This document shows positions 1 through 10,432 of a stretch of DNA of 36,357 nucleotides, piece by piece. The stretch lies in UHGV virus genome UHGV-1353415; one strand, given 5' to 3'. Source of the DNA: a virus. Positions within the stretch are counted from its first letter, which is position 1. The number at the start of each line of letters is the position of its first letter. Under the pieces are notes generated by a model. The model had not been told where the DNA came from. It saw only the letters and a list, made by a program, of their open reading frames with translations, and made no database searches. Both the position numbers and the translations under genes were made by a program.

Positions 1-1
1 G

Positions 2-544
2 CCGCAGGGCGTTAATCTCAACATCAACCTGTCCCCGCAGCAACCACTACCGGACAAAGCACCAGAGATGGGTGGAGGTCCAACCGGCGACAGTGATGAT
101 GACCTCAAAACATTACTGAAAGCCCTGCTGGCTAAGCTGGAAGGAAATGCGACGGGCGATAACGACAATAAGCCTGACGATAATCCGACCGGTGACGGCG
201 AGGACGATGAAGAGGAAACCACGATTACTGGTGACTCAGCCTGGCGTGCCGAAGTTATCGTTCCGGGTATCGATCTGAGCCGTAAGATGAAACCGACCGC
301 GTTCAAACGCGAGGTTCTGGCTTCCGCAGATAAAACGCTGGTTCGCCAGATAGTCGGTGATGCGGATATCCGCAAATTGCCGAAACAATCGGTCGACATG
401 GCGTTTAATGCCGTGTCTGAGATTGCCAAAGGGCGAAACACCCGCGCCACCACCGGCGATGCACAGCGCCCAAACATGGGCATGACCAGTATCGCTTCCC
501 TGAACAAACAAAACGCTGAATTCTGGGCAAACCGTAAAGGGTAA
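2..544 (+). CDS. head scaffolding / prohead-protease-like protein, 5'-truncated by window edge
   Basis: Frame of the 68..544 ORF stays open to position 2; very acidic segment (DDDLK..GEDDEEE); lies directly upstream of head genes. Confidence 0.4.
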   Translation, partial: PQGVNLNINLSPQQPLPDKAPEMGGGPTGDSDDDLKTLLKALLAKLEGNATGDNDNKPDDNPTGDGEDDEEETTITGDSAWRAEVIVPGIDLSRKMKPTAFKREVLASADKTLVRQIVGDADIRKLPKQSVDMAFNAVSEIAKGRNTRATTGDAQRPNMGMTSIASLNKQNAEFWANRKG

Positions 545-547
545 AAA

Positions 548-1054
548 ATGAATAATGTATTTCTGTACCGGATGCCTGTTGGCATTGCCGGGGCTGTCTC
601 TCGCCCGCAGGACTTAACCGTCGAACCGGTGGTCCTTAAATCCGATAACGCCTTCGCTGCCTATGGGCTGGCTGGTAAATACGATGATGACGGTTTTTTC
701 GTGCCGCTGGCAGATGGTGATACCGCAGACAAGGTGAAGGGGATCTATGTGCGCCCTTATCCGACCACATCGCAGCCGGACATGGTTCGCCAGGTGGGGA
801 GTGGCAAGAACTTCCCGGGCGACGCAATGAAGCGTGGCTACGTGACCGTTAATCTCGGTTCTGATTTTGATGCCAGCACCATCAAAAAAGGCGACCCGGT
901 ATACGTTGTCGTCTCCACTGATGGATCCATCAAAGTGCCGCTGGGTGGATTCATGGCCACGTCAGTCAGTGGCAAAAACGTGGTGCTGACCAACGCTGAA
1001 TTCACAGGTGCCGGTGATGCTAACGGCAATGCAGAAATTTCCTGGAAGATTTAA
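548..1054 (+). CDS. head protein (DUF2190-like, possible decoration/scaffold)
   Basis: 168-aa ORF between the scaffold-like gene and the major capsid gene; tight spacing; family assignment from recalled sequence pattern. Confidence 0.45.
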   Translation: MNNVFLYRMPVGIAGAVSRPQDLTVEPVVLKSDNAFAAYGLAGKYDDDGFFVPLADGDTADKVKGIYVRPYPTTSQPDMVRQVGSGKNFPGDAMKRGYVTVNLGSDFDASTIKKGDPVYVVVSTDGSIKVPLGGFMATSVSGKNVVLTNAEFTGAGDANGNAEISWKI

Positions 1055-1065
1055 GGAACAGACGA

Positions 1066-2007
1066 ATGATTACTTTTGATCAGGCAACCGTTGACAGCTC
1101 TGGTGCCTTTCTCATCGGAGAGCTGGAGCGACTCGACCAGACTCTGAACCTGCCACTGGTGGGGTACACATGGACCCGCGATATTCAGTTGCGTGAAGAT
1201 GTCTCTATCGCAGATGACATTTCCAGCTGGACGAATACCAGCTTCGCCGCTGCGGGTACTGGCGCAAATCCGAATGGCAAAAACTGGGTAGGCAAAGACT
1301 CAACCGCTATTGCTGGCGTAAACGTGGATATCGGCAAATCCGGTAACCCGCTGAACCTGTGGGGGATGGAACTTGGCTGGACGGTCATAGAATTGCAGGC
1401 TGCTCAGCAGGTCGGACGCCCGATTGATACGCAGAAGTATGACGGGATGCAACTGAAATGGCAGATGGATAACGATGAACAGGTGTATGTTGGCGATTCC
1501 GCATTAAACCTGAAAGGCCTTGTTACCCTGGACGGCGTGCCTGTCAACAACGCTGCCAAAACGTGGGCAACCTCAACACCGGACGAAATCCGCGCAAGCA
1601 TTAACCAGGTGCTGTCTGATGCGTGGGCCGCTTCCGGTTACTCTGTGGTTCCGCGTGATTTGCTGATCCCGCCTGAGCAGTTTGCTCTGTTGTCCAGCAT
1701 CATCGTTTCATCTGCGGGTAACCAGTCCCTGTTGACGTACCTTCAGACCAACACCATCAGCTATCACCAGAACGGTGTTCCGCTGAATATCCGCGCGGTT
1801 AAATGGCTGAAAGGCCGTGGTGTGGGGAATAAGGATCGCATGGTTGCGTACACCAACGATAAAAAATACGTCCGCTACCCGCTGGTTCCGCTTCAGAGCG
1901 TGCCGGTGCAGTATCGCGGTCTGTATCAGATCGTCACTTACTACGGCAAGCTGGGTGCAGTCGAGCCAGTGTATAAAGAAACTCTGTCCTATGTGGACGG
2001 TATCTGA
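1066..2007 (+). CDS. major capsid protein
   Basis: 313-aa ORF with RBS (AAGGAACAGACGA ATG), in the conserved position downstream of scaffold/decoration-like genes. Confidence 0.6.
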   Translation: MITFDQATVDSSGAFLIGELERLDQTLNLPLVGYTWTRDIQLREDVSIADDISSWTNTSFAAAGTGANPNGKNWVGKDSTAIAGVNVDIGKSGNPLNLWGMELGWTVIELQAAQQVGRPIDTQKYDGMQLKWQMDNDEQVYVGDSALNLKGLVTLDGVPVNNAAKTWATSTPDEIRASINQVLSDAWAASGYSVVPRDLLIPPEQFALLSSIIVSSAGNQSLLTYLQTNTISYHQNGVPLNIRAVKWLKGRGVGNKDRMVAYTNDKKYVRYPLVPLQSVPVQYRGLYQIVTYYGKLGAVEPVYKETLSYVDGI

Positions 2008-2047
2008 TAACCAGAATGGCCCCGAAAGGGGCCTGAAGGAAACTGAA

Positions 2048-2416
2048 ATGGCGAAAGAAAAGCTGGTTACCATCCATGTTCACACCCCGTTTACGCTGAC
2101 GCTCGGCGATCAGTCAAAACAGGAGTTTGGCCGGGGACGGCATAACGTACCGGAAGAGGTCGCGTCGCACTGGTTCACCCAGGCGCACTCTGAGCTTTCC
2201 GAAAGCGTGATTAGCGACACCGATGATCTGCAACCCATTATCGACGGCCTGCAAGCGCAGATTGCCGACAAAGATAAGCTGATTGCCGATCTGAAAGATG
2301 CATTGCTCAAACTGCAGGAGCAGAACGACAGCCTGCAGGCGCAGATTACTGCCGCCCGGACTGGCGGTAATGGGGCTAAAGATGCCAAAGAATCAAAGTC
2401 TGCCAGCGGTAAGTGA
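2048..2416 (+). CDS. hypothetical head-associated protein, coiled-coil C-terminus
   Basis: ATG at 2048 preceded by AAGGAAACTGAA; the track's longer 1817 start would overlap the capsid gene. Heptad-like [33 protein letters not shown]. Confidence 0.45.
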   Translation: MAKEKLVTIHVHTPFTLTLGDQSKQEFGRGRHNVPEEVASHWFTQAHSELSESVISDTDDLQPIIDGLQAQIADKDKLIADLKDALLKLQEQNDSLQAQITAARTGGNGAKDAKESKSASGK

Positions 2417-2789
2417 TTTTCGCCGCGACTTCCCGCAGTTTGCTGACCCGGCAAAATATCCCGACGCCCAAATCGGGTTCCGTCTGAATCTGGCCGATGA
2501 ACTGCTGAGTGAAAACGTCACCGGCAAAAAGTTGTTTCCGTACTTTGCCGGATTGTTCGTTGCGCACTACATGACGCTCTGGGCGGCAGACAGCAGAGCG
2601 ATGCTGGCTGGTGGTCCGGGCGGTTCAACCAATGGTGTTCAGTCCTCAAAGTCCGTGGATAAGGTAAGCGTCAGCTATGACACCAGCGCGACGCTGAATC
2701 CTGATGCAGGTTTCTGGAATAACACCCGATATGGCGCTGAATTTTATCAGTTGATCACGATGTTCGGTGCAGGCGGTCGCCAGCTATGA
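2382..2789 (+). CDS. head-tail connector/adaptor-like protein (start uncertain)
   Basis: ORF in the head-to-tail joining region; internal ATG at 2382 chosen to limit overlap with the upstream gene. Confidence 0.4.
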   Translation: MPKNQSLPAVSDFRRDFPQFADPAKYPDAQIGFRLNLADELLSENVTGKKLFPYFAGLFVAHYMTLWAADSRAMLAGGPGGSTNGVQSSKSVDKVSVSYDTSATLNPDAGFWNNTRYGAEFYQLITMFGAGGRQL

Positions 2790-3340
2790 GTTTCAAAAGC
2801 GGTGTAACAACGAGGGTGGATAACGCTAAGGCCATTCTGGATGCGCTCAGGTCGTTAACCAAAAAAGATGTGCTGGTCGGCATCCCTTCGGAAGACAGCG
2901 GGCGGGATGATGTTCCGTTTGGTAATGCGGGCATCGGTTACCTCAACGAATACGGCTCACCAGAGCAGAACATCCCGCCACGACCTCACCTGGTCCCCGG
3001 CGTTAAATCGGTAGAAGAACAGACGTTGCCGCAGCTCAAAACAGCGGCGCAGGCTGCGCTTGATGGAAATGCGGCGGGGGCGGAAAGAGCACTCAACCGC
3101 GCCGGAACGCTGGCCGCTAATGGCGTCAGGCGTTACATGACTATTACCGGCTTTACGCCGCTTGCTGACAGCACTGTTGAAGCCCGCGCACGTCGAGGGC
3201 GCAAAGGGGCGAAAGCTGAGCTTGCCCGACGCGCTGCTGGCGAGTCACCCGGAACCGATCTGGTGAAACCGCTAATTGACACCGGACAGTACCGCAGAGC
3301 TATTACCCATGTAGTGAGGGATAAAGATGCCGACTCTTGA
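2786..3340 (+). CDS. neck/head-completion protein (hypothetical)
   Basis: 184-aa ORF, 4-nt overlap with upstream gene (translational coupling), structural operon context. Confidence 0.4.
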   Translation: MSFKSGVTTRVDNAKAILDALRSLTKKDVLVGIPSEDSGRDDVPFGNAGIGYLNEYGSPEQNIPPRPHLVPGVKSVEEQTLPQLKTAAQAALDGNAAGAERALNRAGTLAANGVRRYMTITGFTPLADSTVEARARRGRKGAKAELARRAAGESPGTDLVKPLIDTGQYRRAITHVVRDKDADS

Positions 3341-3716
3341 TGTAACAGACGTGCTTTTTGACCCCGATTTTTGCGACTTCAACCTGTGGGTAACGCGTCG
3401 CGTGCAAACGGTGGACGATGACGGGATCGGCAGTGACAGCGAAGTTAAAACGCAGTTTGCCGGAGTCGTAACTGTTGATCGCTCTCTGGAAAACCGCCGT
3501 ATGCAGGCAGGGCAGGTAATCAGCGGTGCAATTCTGATTGTGACGACTGAGCGACTGACGCAGGGACAGACTGGGCGTGATGCCGATATCGTGACGTATC
3601 AGGGCCGTGATTATCGTGTGACCTTCGTCGACCCGTATACAGCTTATGGGGCCGGATTCGTTCAGGCGCATTGTGAGTTGATGCCGTTTGATGGGGGAAC
3701 TCCGGTTGAGCAATAA
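3327..3716 (+). CDS. neck/tail-completion protein (hypothetical)
   Basis: 129-aa ORF overlapping neighbours within the structural operon. Confidence 0.4.
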   Translation: MPTLDVTDVLFDPDFCDFNLWVTRRVQTVDDDGIGSDSEVKTQFAGVVTVDRSLENRRMQAGQVISGAILIVTTERLTQGQTGRDADIVTYQGRDYRVTFVDPYTAYGAGFVQAHCELMPFDGGTPVEQ

Positions 3717-4254
3717 CACCAGTACAGAGCGCGGATGGTTAATACCAACCAGTGGCGATCCGGATTATGACGAAGCGCTCGACAGGCTGTTAAGCCAGTG
3801 GATGCGTAACGTTTCCGGTCTGTCTGCCGGGATGGTTCGTCCGCGCTGGCAGAAAGAGCAACCGCCACTGCTACCGGCTGAAACGAACTGGTGTGCGTTT
3901 GGGGTTATCGGATGGTCAGGTGATGACAGTCCGGCATTCACCAGACAGACCGATGATGGCTCTCAGCTCTGGCGGCATGAAACGATTGAGTGTATGGCTT
4001 CGTTTTATGGTCCGGCGGGGATGGTGTATGCGTCCCGGTTTCGTGACGGTATATCTGTACCGCAGAACAATGCAGCACTGAATGCGCTGGGGCTGTCTCT
4101 TGGCGATTACACAGGTCTGACTCCCTTCCCTGAACTTATTAATCAGCAATGGGTCCGCCGCTACGATATGACGGTGCGTCTGCGCCGGAAGGTTGTGCGC
4201 GAGTACGGTATTAAATCGCTGGTGGAAGCACCAGTCATCTTTTTCGGAGATTAA
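3688..4254 (+). CDS. tail completion / sheath-terminator-like protein (start uncertain)
   Basis: 188-aa ORF immediately upstream of the sheath gene. Confidence 0.35.
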   Translation: MMGELRLSNNTSTERGWLIPTSGDPDYDEALDRLLSQWMRNVSGLSAGMVRPRWQKEQPPLLPAETNWCAFGVIGWSGDDSPAFTRQTDDGSQLWRHETIECMASFYGPAGMVYASRFRDGISVPQNNAALNALGLSLGDYTGLTPFPELINQQWVRRYDMTVRLRRKVVREYGIKSLVEAPVIFFGD

Positions 4255-4257
4255 GCT

Positions 4258-5403
4258 ATGGCACAGGGCTTGCCTGTATCAAACGTTGTTAATGTTGATG
4301 TGATCATGTCGCCGCGTGCAGCATCAGGGCGAAATTTTGGTGCATTACTCATTCTCGGCCCGTCCACAATCATTCCGGTAAGTGAGCGCATTCGCCGTTA
4401 TTCTGCCGCGGAAGATATTGGAAAAGATTTTGGCGTGGAATCACCAGAATATAAAGCTGCGCAGGTGTTTTTCTCACAATCACCGAAACCTCAGGAGGTT
4501 TTTGTTGGTCGTTGGGTGAAAACGAAGGGAGACAGCGAACAGGCCACGCCTGAGACGCTGGAGCAGGCTGTGAATGCCATGCTTGATTATACTTCATGGT
4601 ATGGGCTGGGGATTGCAGACGATGCAGATATTCCGGATGCAGACTGGCTGAAAGTGGCTGCGGCGATCGAATCCTCTTCTGTAAGCCGTATTCTGGCGAT
4701 TACGACAAGCGATGAGAAATGCCTGCAGACTGCATCCAGCGATGATTTGGCATCAAAACTGAAAACCGCCGGATATTCACGCAGTTTTATTCAATATTCA
4801 TCGGGTAATAAATACGCTGCGTTATCTGCATTTGGCCGGGCATTCACGGTTAATTTCAATGGCAGTAATACCGCGATTACGCTCAAGTTTAAGCAGGAGC
4901 CGGGTGTCGGGTATGAAACACTGACAGTCAGCCAGGCATCGGCACTTGATGCAAAAAACTGCAATGTGTTCGTGTACTACCAGAATGATACAGCTATCCT
5001 CCAGCAGGGAGTGATGGCTAACGGCGATTTCTTTGATGAACGCCACGGCCTGGACTGGTTACAGAATTATGTGCAGACCAACCTCTATAACCTGCTTTAT
5101 ACCAGCACCACGAAAGTTCCCCAGACTGAAGCCGGTATTACCCGACTGTTATCAAATGTTGAAAAATCACTGGATCAGGCCGTTCAGAATGGACTGATTG
5201 CTCCGGGCGTATGGAACGGGGGCGACCTTGGCCAGTTGTCATCAGGTGACACGCTGCCCAAAGGTTATTACGTATACGCCCAGCCGCTGGATGAACAGGC
5301 ACAATCAGAACGTGAAGCCCGTAAGGCTCCGGTGATTCAGGCTGCAATAAAACTTGCAGGCGCGGTTCATTACGCTGACGTACAGATTAACGTTGTTCGC
5401 TAA
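4258..5403 (+). CDS. tail sheath protein (DUF3383-like)
   Basis: 381-aa ORF followed by tube-size ORF, chaperone with frameshift and tape measure: the contractile-tail gene order. Confidence 0.55.
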   Translation: MAQGLPVSNVVNVDVIMSPRAASGRNFGALLILGPSTIIPVSERIRRYSAAEDIGKDFGVESPEYKAAQVFFSQSPKPQEVFVGRWVKTKGDSEQATPETLEQAVNAMLDYTSWYGLGIADDADIPDADWLKVAAAIESSSVSRILAITTSDEKCLQTASSDDLASKLKTAGYSRSFIQYSSGNKYAALSAFGRAFTVNFNGSNTAITLKFKQEPGVGYETLTVSQASALDAKNCNVFVYYQNDTAILQQGVMANGDFFDERHGLDWLQNYVQTNLYNLLYTSTTKVPQTEAGITRLLSNVEKSLDQAVQNGLIAPGVWNGGDLGQLSSGDTLPKGYYVYAQPLDEQAQSEREARKAPVIQAAIKLAGAVHYADVQINVVR

Positions 5404-5413
5404 GGGGAAGTGA

Positions 5414-5854
5414 ATGTCTACCTATTCTTTTATGGATGTCACTGCGACGCTGACCGGGCCGACCGGTTCGATTGACCTCGGGTACGGTTCTGCAAGTTCT
5501 GAAGAGGGGATTGTGGTTGCGATGGGCGGTCCTAAAAACACCATGACCATCGGTTCTGATGGCGAAGTGATGCACAGTCTCCATGCAGATAAAAGCGGGA
5601 CGATTACCGTTAACCTTCTGAAGACATCACCGACAAATAAAAAATTGTCGCTGGCGTATAACGCACAGAGCCAGTCTTCTGCCACATGGGGGAATAACGT
5701 TATTGTGATCCGAAACAAGGTCAGCGGCGACATCATCACGGCACGTAGTGTTGCGTTCCAGAAACAACCGGATAATGCCAACGCTAAAACCGGTAATACG
5801 ATGCCGTGGGTGTTTGACTGCGGCAAGATTGACCAGGTTCTCGGGGAATTTTAA
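5414..5854 (+). CDS. tail tube protein
   Basis: 146-aa ORF directly after the sheath gene, RBS GGGGAAGTGA before ATG. Confidence 0.55.
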   Translation: MSTYSFMDVTATLTGPTGSIDLGYGSASSEEGIVVAMGGPKNTMTIGSDGEVMHSLHADKSGTITVNLLKTSPTNKKLSLAYNAQSQSSATWGNNVIVIRNKVSGDIITARSVAFQKQPDNANAKTGNTMPWVFDCGKIDQVLGEF

Positions 5855-5857
5855 TAC

Positions 5858-6310
5858 ATGGAATTCGAAATCAAAGGCGTGAAATATCGCGCGGCAAAAC
5901 TCAGCGTTTTTGATCAGCTGAAAGTGACCCGCAAACTTCTGCCGGTGCTGGCAGGAATGATGTCAGATTTCGGGAGCATTCGCTCCCGTTTGCCTGCTGA
6001 TGGCAAAATCGACACCGTGAAATTCGAGCAGTTAAAACCGGTGTTTGAAACCATGCTCCCGCGTATCGCTGAGGAACTGTCTTCCCTGACCGAAGATGAC
6101 ACCAGTGCGATTATTCATCCCTGTCTTGCGGTGGTATCGCGGCGTCATATGGACGGATGGGTTCCGGTATTTACCCAGGGCGAACTGATGTTTGATGATA
6201 TTGACTTGCTGGTCATGCTGCATCTGGTGGCGCGGGTGGTCGCCGATTCGCTGGGAAATTTTTTGCCTACACCCCTTACCAGCACGACGCAGAGCCTGCA
6301 ACAGGGCTGA
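5858..6310 (+). CDS. tail assembly chaperone (G-like)
   Basis: 150-aa ORF immediately before the tape measure gene; an overlapping -1 frame ORF continues downstream. Confidence 0.55.
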   Translation: MEFEIKGVKYRAAKLSVFDQLKVTRKLLPVLAGMMSDFGSIRSRLPADGKIDTVKFEQLKPVFETMLPRIAEELSSLTEDDTSAIIHPCLAVVSRRHMDGWVPVFTQGELMFDDIDLLVMLHLVARVVADSLGNFLPTPLTSTTQSLQQG

Positions 6311-6498
6311 CGTTTAACAGCCTGCCGGACGGGCTGTCCTACCTTCTCAATCCGGTTGACGCCGGGTTAATTCCTTATACAGCACTTAAAGATGGCTCTG
6401 TCGATTTGTACGACATTGCTCTCTTGAATGACCACCTGGCGGTAAAAGCGGATAACCAGCGGCGCATTGAGAAATGGAGAGAGGATAATGAACGCTGA
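6205..6498 (+). CDS. -1 frame extension of tail assembly chaperone (GT-like frameshift product, C-terminal part)
   Basis: -1 frame is open from 6205 to a TGA at 6496..6498; slippery heptamer A AAT TTT at 6256..6262 lies in the chaperone frame; extension ends inside the tape measure start region. Confidence 0.45.
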   Translation, partial: LAGHAASGGAGGRRFAGKFFAYTPYQHDAEPATGLTFNSLPDGLSYLLNPVDAGLIPYTALKDGSVDLYDIALLNDHLAVKADNQRRIEKWREDNER

Positions 6499-8476
6499 AA
6501 CTATTAAAGATTTCCTCGTCTCGCTTGGCTTCAGTGTGGATGATGCAGGAGCGAAAAAGTTCGGTTCTGTCCTCGCCGGTACAACTGCAAATGTCATCAA
6601 AATGGGGCTGGCTGTTGAAGGATCTGCGCTGTCCGTGGTGGCCTTCACGGCTAAGATCGCCTCCGGCCTGGATAATCTTTACTGGGCGTCACAGCGCACC
6701 GGCGCGACAGTCCAGGGAATTCAGTCTATTGGCTATGCGGTTTCGCAGGTTGGCGGCAGCGTGGACGCGGCGCGAACCTCTCTGGAAAGCCTCTCCCGGT
6801 TTGTTCGTAACAATCCCGGCGCGGAAGGCTTCCTGAATCGCCTGGGCGTACAGACCCGTGATGCCAGCGGCAACATGCGCGACATGGCCGCTATCTTTAC
6901 GGGTGTCGGACAGAAGCTCAGCAGCATGCCGTATTACCGGGCTAACCAGTATGCGCAGATGCTTGGCATTGACGAAAATACCCTCATGGCGATGCGCCGG
7001 GGTGTGGGTGATTTCTCCGGGCAGTACAGCGCAATGGCGAAAGCTATCGGCTTCAATGCTGACGAGGCGGCCAGAAGCTCCAACAAATTTATGACCTCCC
7101 TGCGTGAGTTTGGCGCGATGGCAGGCATGGCCCGTGACAAAATCGGCTCTAATCTTGCGGGTGGGCTTGCGGGTTCGCTGGACACTCTGCGCCGCCATAT
7201 CCTGGACAACTTCCCGCGCATCGAGCAGACCCTGACGAAAGCCATAAAAGGCATTCTGGCGCTCGGGGATATTATCGGGCGGCTGTTCTTCAGACTGATT
7301 GAAGGAACATCAGGCCTCATCACCTGGTGGCAATCGCTGGATAAGCAAACGCGGGAGCTCATCTCGCTGTTTGGCGCGCTGACGATTGCGCTGCGCATTC
7401 TGAACAGTACGTTCTGGATGTCGCCGATTGGCCTCATTACCGCGCTGGCGGCGGGGATTGCCCTTCTGTGGGAGGACTATCAGACCTGGAAGGAAGGCGG
7501 CGACAGCCTGATTGACTGGGGCAAGTGGAAGCCGGAGGTCGATGCCGCGCTGAAGATGGTTCGTGACCTGAAAGGGTCTGTTAATGAACTGGCGAAAGCG
7601 CTGGCGAAACTGCTCAATATTGACCCCAAATCATGGTCCCTGAAGTGGGATTTCAGCAACTTCATCGACCAGATGGGCGAATTCAGCAAAATGCTGAACA
7701 TGATCGCCGACCTGCTCAACGCTATCAAAGATGGCCGCTGGGCTGATGCCGTCAGCATCGGCAAACAGATACTTAATCAGGGCAGCGAAAATCCGTCAGC
7801 GATGCCGATGGTTACAGACAGCGCTAACAGTACTGCCGACTGGATTAAAGAGCACTGGGGATTCGATCCCCGCAGTGTGGGCCGGACGGTACGCGGCTGG
7901 TTTGGTGATGATGAGCCGGAACAATATGCACAGGCTACGAAACGAGGAGAACGGAATAACAATCCGGGAAACCTTAATTTTGCTGGTCAGGCAGGGGCTT
8001 CTCTTGAACGCCCGGGCGGGCGATTTGCCAGATTTGAAACTGCTTTTGATGGATTACGGGCTCTTGCTCGTCAGTTAATGCTGTACGCCGGACGGGGAAT
8101 AAACAGTGTGGAGAAAATTATCTCTACCTGGGCACCTGCGTCTGATAATAACAACACAACTGCGTATATCAGGGCTGTATCGCAACGACTGGGAGTGGAT
8201 CCCCGGGCTGCCCTGAATATGAGCGATCCGCAAACCATGTCAGCATTGATGAGCAGCATTATCCAGCATGAAAATGGAAGAAATATCTATTCTCGAGAGC
8301 TGATTAATAAGGCTGCCGTGGCGGGAATTAGTGGCAAAATGACAGAGGTTAACCAGCAAAATACTTACCACATTTACGGTGGCGGAGATCCGCACGCTGT
8401 CGGTAATGAGGTTGCACGTCGGCAACAGTCTGCAAATGCTCAGGTCATGCGAAGTAATCAGGTGAGGGTGGGTTAG
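6488..8476 (+). CDS. tail tape measure protein
   Basis: Long ORF after the chaperone pair; ATG at 6488 preceded by GGAGAGAGGATA (track start 6467 also possible); hydrophobic central segment; Ala/Gly-rich helical N-terminal part. Confidence 0.65.
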   Translation: MNAETIKDFLVSLGFSVDDAGAKKFGSVLAGTTANVIKMGLAVEGSALSVVAFTAKIASGLDNLYWASQRTGATVQGIQSIGYAVSQVGGSVDAARTSLESLSRFVRNNPGAEGFLNRLGVQTRDASGNMRDMAAIFTGVGQKLSSMPYYRANQYAQMLGIDENTLMAMRRGVGDFSGQYSAMAKAIGFNADEAARSSNKFMTSLREFGAMAGMARDKIGSNLAGGLAGSLDTLRRHILDNFPRIEQTLTKAIKGILALGDIIGRLFFRLIEGTSGLITWWQSLDKQTRELISLFGALTIALRILNSTFWMSPIGLITALAAGIALLWEDYQTWKEGGDSLIDWGKWKPEVDAALKMVRDLKGSVNELAKALAKLLNIDPKSWSLKWDFSNFIDQMGEFSKMLNMIADLLNAIKDGRWADAVSIGKQILNQGSENPSAMPMVTDSANSTADWIKEHWGFDPRSVGRTVRGWFGDDEPEQYAQATKRGERNNNPGNLNFAGQAGASLERPGGRFARFETAFDGLRALARQLMLYAGRGINSVEKIISTWAPASDNNNTTAYIRAVSQRLGVDPRAALNMSDPQTMSALMSSIIQHENGRNIYSRELINKAAVAGISGKMTEVNQQNTYHIYGGGDPHAVGNEVARRQQSANAQVMRSNQVRVG

Positions 8477-9063
8477 TGGATATTCTCTCTACACTTTTTC
8501 ATCAGCAGAGCAGAAAAATAGGAATGATTGTTCCCAGTGTTGTTATTTCAGAGAAGCATACAGATATGCTTGAAATAACAGAGCATCCGGTAGAGGTTGG
8601 GGCCGCTGTCGCTGATCATGCCTATAAAAAACCGTCAGAAGTGGTGATGGAGGTTGGTTTCGCCGGTGGCGGCGCATTGCTGGATTTTGCCAGTAATCTG
8701 ACGGCTACCAGCCTGCTCGGCCTGAGTCCTCAGCAGACGTATCAGGAGCTACTGGATCTGCAGGAAAGCCGTATCCCCTTCGATGTGGTAACCGGTAAAC
8801 GACTGTACAGCAACATGTTGATCCGGGCGCTGGAAGTGACGACGGACAAGACAACCGAAAACGTCCTGTCCGCCGTCCTCACCCTGAGGGAGGTCCTTAT
8901 CTCCCGGACACAGCAGATCACCGTCGCGGATAAAACCAACATGAAGGAAGGGGCCAGCACGTCGGCGCTACAGAACAGCGGCAACAAAACCACAAAGCCT
9001 CCAGATACTTCACTGCTGAAAAGCATCACTGGTAACGTGGCGTCATTACTGGGAGGCGGCTAA
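8476..9063 (+). CDS. tail/baseplate protein (hypothetical)
   Basis: 195-aa ORF, GTG start overlapping the tape measure stop. Confidence 0.4.
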   Translation: MDILSTLFHQQSRKIGMIVPSVVISEKHTDMLEITEHPVEVGAAVADHAYKKPSEVVMEVGFAGGGALLDFASNLTATSLLGLSPQQTYQELLDLQESRIPFDVVTGKRLYSNMLIRALEVTTDKTTENVLSAVLTLREVLISRTQQITVADKTNMKEGASTSALQNSGNKTTKPPDTSLLKSITGNVASLLGGG

Positions 9064-9365
9064 TGACTATTCAGGAAATTCCGCTGACAGCGGACAACCA
9101 GCAGTTCAGCATCGTCCTGGGTGGTGTCACTTGGCAGATTAGCATCATATGGCGCGATCCTTACTGGATTATGGACCTGCAGAACGACAGAGGGGAGCCG
9201 GTAATCTCCGGTATTCCTCTCGTCACTGGCGCTGATCTGCTGGCGCAGTACGCCTGTATGGGGCTTGGTTTTAAGCTGGTGGTGGTCTGCGATGACAACA
9301 CACAGGATTATCCCTCGAAAACTGATCTGGGTGGCCGCAGTCATTTACTGGTATCAACGGAGTAA
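9063..9365 (+). CDS. tail/baseplate protein (hypothetical)
   Basis: 100-aa ORF overlapping the upstream stop (ATGA). Confidence 0.4.
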   Translation: MTIQEIPLTADNQQFSIVLGGVTWQISIIWRDPYWIMDLQNDRGEPVISGIPLVTGADLLAQYACMGLGFKLVVVCDDNTQDYPSKTDLGGRSHLLVSTE

Positions 9366-9367
9366 GC

Positions 9368-10432
9368 ATGTCACAGAACTGGATGAGACATTTCGAGCTG
9401 CAGCTTGTGGACGGGAACGGTCAGGGAATTGAGCTAAGTGATTTCAAAGTCACCTTTACGATCGACTGGTTCAACATCAGCAGCGCGTCCCGGGTAGGGA
9501 CTATCAAAATTTATAACCTCTTGGCAGATACTGTGAACCGAATCACCGGGAAGGAATTTTCGAAAGTGCGGCTGATTGCCGGTTACGACGGTATCGCGCC
9601 GGAGGTGGCGGCAAGCGACGTCGGGACCGTGCGCGAAGTCGACGCGGCAGATGTGGGCCAGAGTGATGGCCGCAACTACGGGCTGATTTTCAGCGGAGAA
9701 ATTCGCTACTCGGTCACAGGAAAAGACAGCCCTATTGATTCCTATGTCCTGATTCAGGCAGCAGATACGGATCTGGCATTTGCCACCAGTATAACCTCAC
9801 AGACGCTGGCTGCCGGTTACACGGTCGCTGATGTGAACCGTGCGCTGATGAAAGACTTCGAAGCCAAAGGCGCGACCGAAGGCCTGACGCCTGAAATGCC
9901 TGCTACTGTATTCCCCCGGGGGCGGGTGCTCTTTGGCATGACGCGGCATCTTATGGATAACGTAGCCGGGCAATGTGGCGCAACATGGCAATTCGTGGAC
10001 GGTCAACGCCAGATGGTGGCGAATAACGAATATGTTCATGAAGCGATTGTGCTCAACAGCGCCACCGGGCTTATCGGCATGCCGCAGCAGACTATCGGCA
10101 ACGGCGTAAACGTCCGCGCGCTTATTAATCCGAACATCCGGGTTAATGGGCTCATTCAACTGGATCAGGCTTCCGTATATCGCACCGCGTTGTCGAACAA
10201 CGATATTGCGATGGCTGGTGGGCAGATCACCGACCAGAACACGGACGGAAATATCACGCTAAGCGGCACCACAGCACAACCTGCCAGCATCGCAACGGAT
10301 GGCGTTTATATTGTGCGCGGGATTATGTACACTGGCGATACAAGGGGCCAGGCGTGGTACATGGATATGATGTGCGAAGCGCGTGGCGCGGCGGATCTTG
10401 TTTCCTCATCAGCGAGGGAAAGAGGGCTTTAA
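9368..10432 (+). CDS. baseplate hub-like protein
   Basis: 354-aa ORF between tape measure and spike-like gene; size and position fit a hub protein. Confidence 0.45.
   Translation: MSQNWMRHFELQLVDGNGQGIELSDFKVTFTIDWFNISSASRVGTIKIYNLLADTVNRITGKEFSKVRLIAGYDGIAPEVAASDVGTVREVDAADVGQSDGRNYGLIFSGEIRYSVTGKDSPIDSYVLIQAADTDLAFATSITSQTLAAGYTVADVNRALMKDFEAKGATEGLTPEMPATVFPRGRVLFGMTRHLMDNVAGQCGATWQFVDGQRQMVANNEYVHEAIVLNSATGLIGMPQQTIGNGVNVRALINPNIRVNGLIQLDQASVYRTALSNNDIAMAGGQITDQNTDGNITLSGTTAQPASIATDGVYIVRGIMYTGDTRGQAWYMDMMCEARGAADLVSSSARERGL

Noticed and set aside
236-511. 91-aa minus-strand ORF inside the scaffold-like gene
   Set aside because: Fully embedded antisense to a well-supported structural gene; no RBS and no operon context.
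1708-2073. 121-aa minus-strand ORF overlapping the major capsid gene
   Set aside because: Antisense overlap with the capsid gene in a uniformly + strand operon; likely a chance ORF in GC-rich coding DNA.
6525-7437. Several ORFs on both strands inside the tape measure gene (e.g. 6525..6836 +, 6689..7198 -, 6934..7437 -)
   Set aside because: All nested in the long tape measure ORF; Arg/Ser/Pro-rich low-complexity translations typical of off-frame reads of GC-rich sequence.
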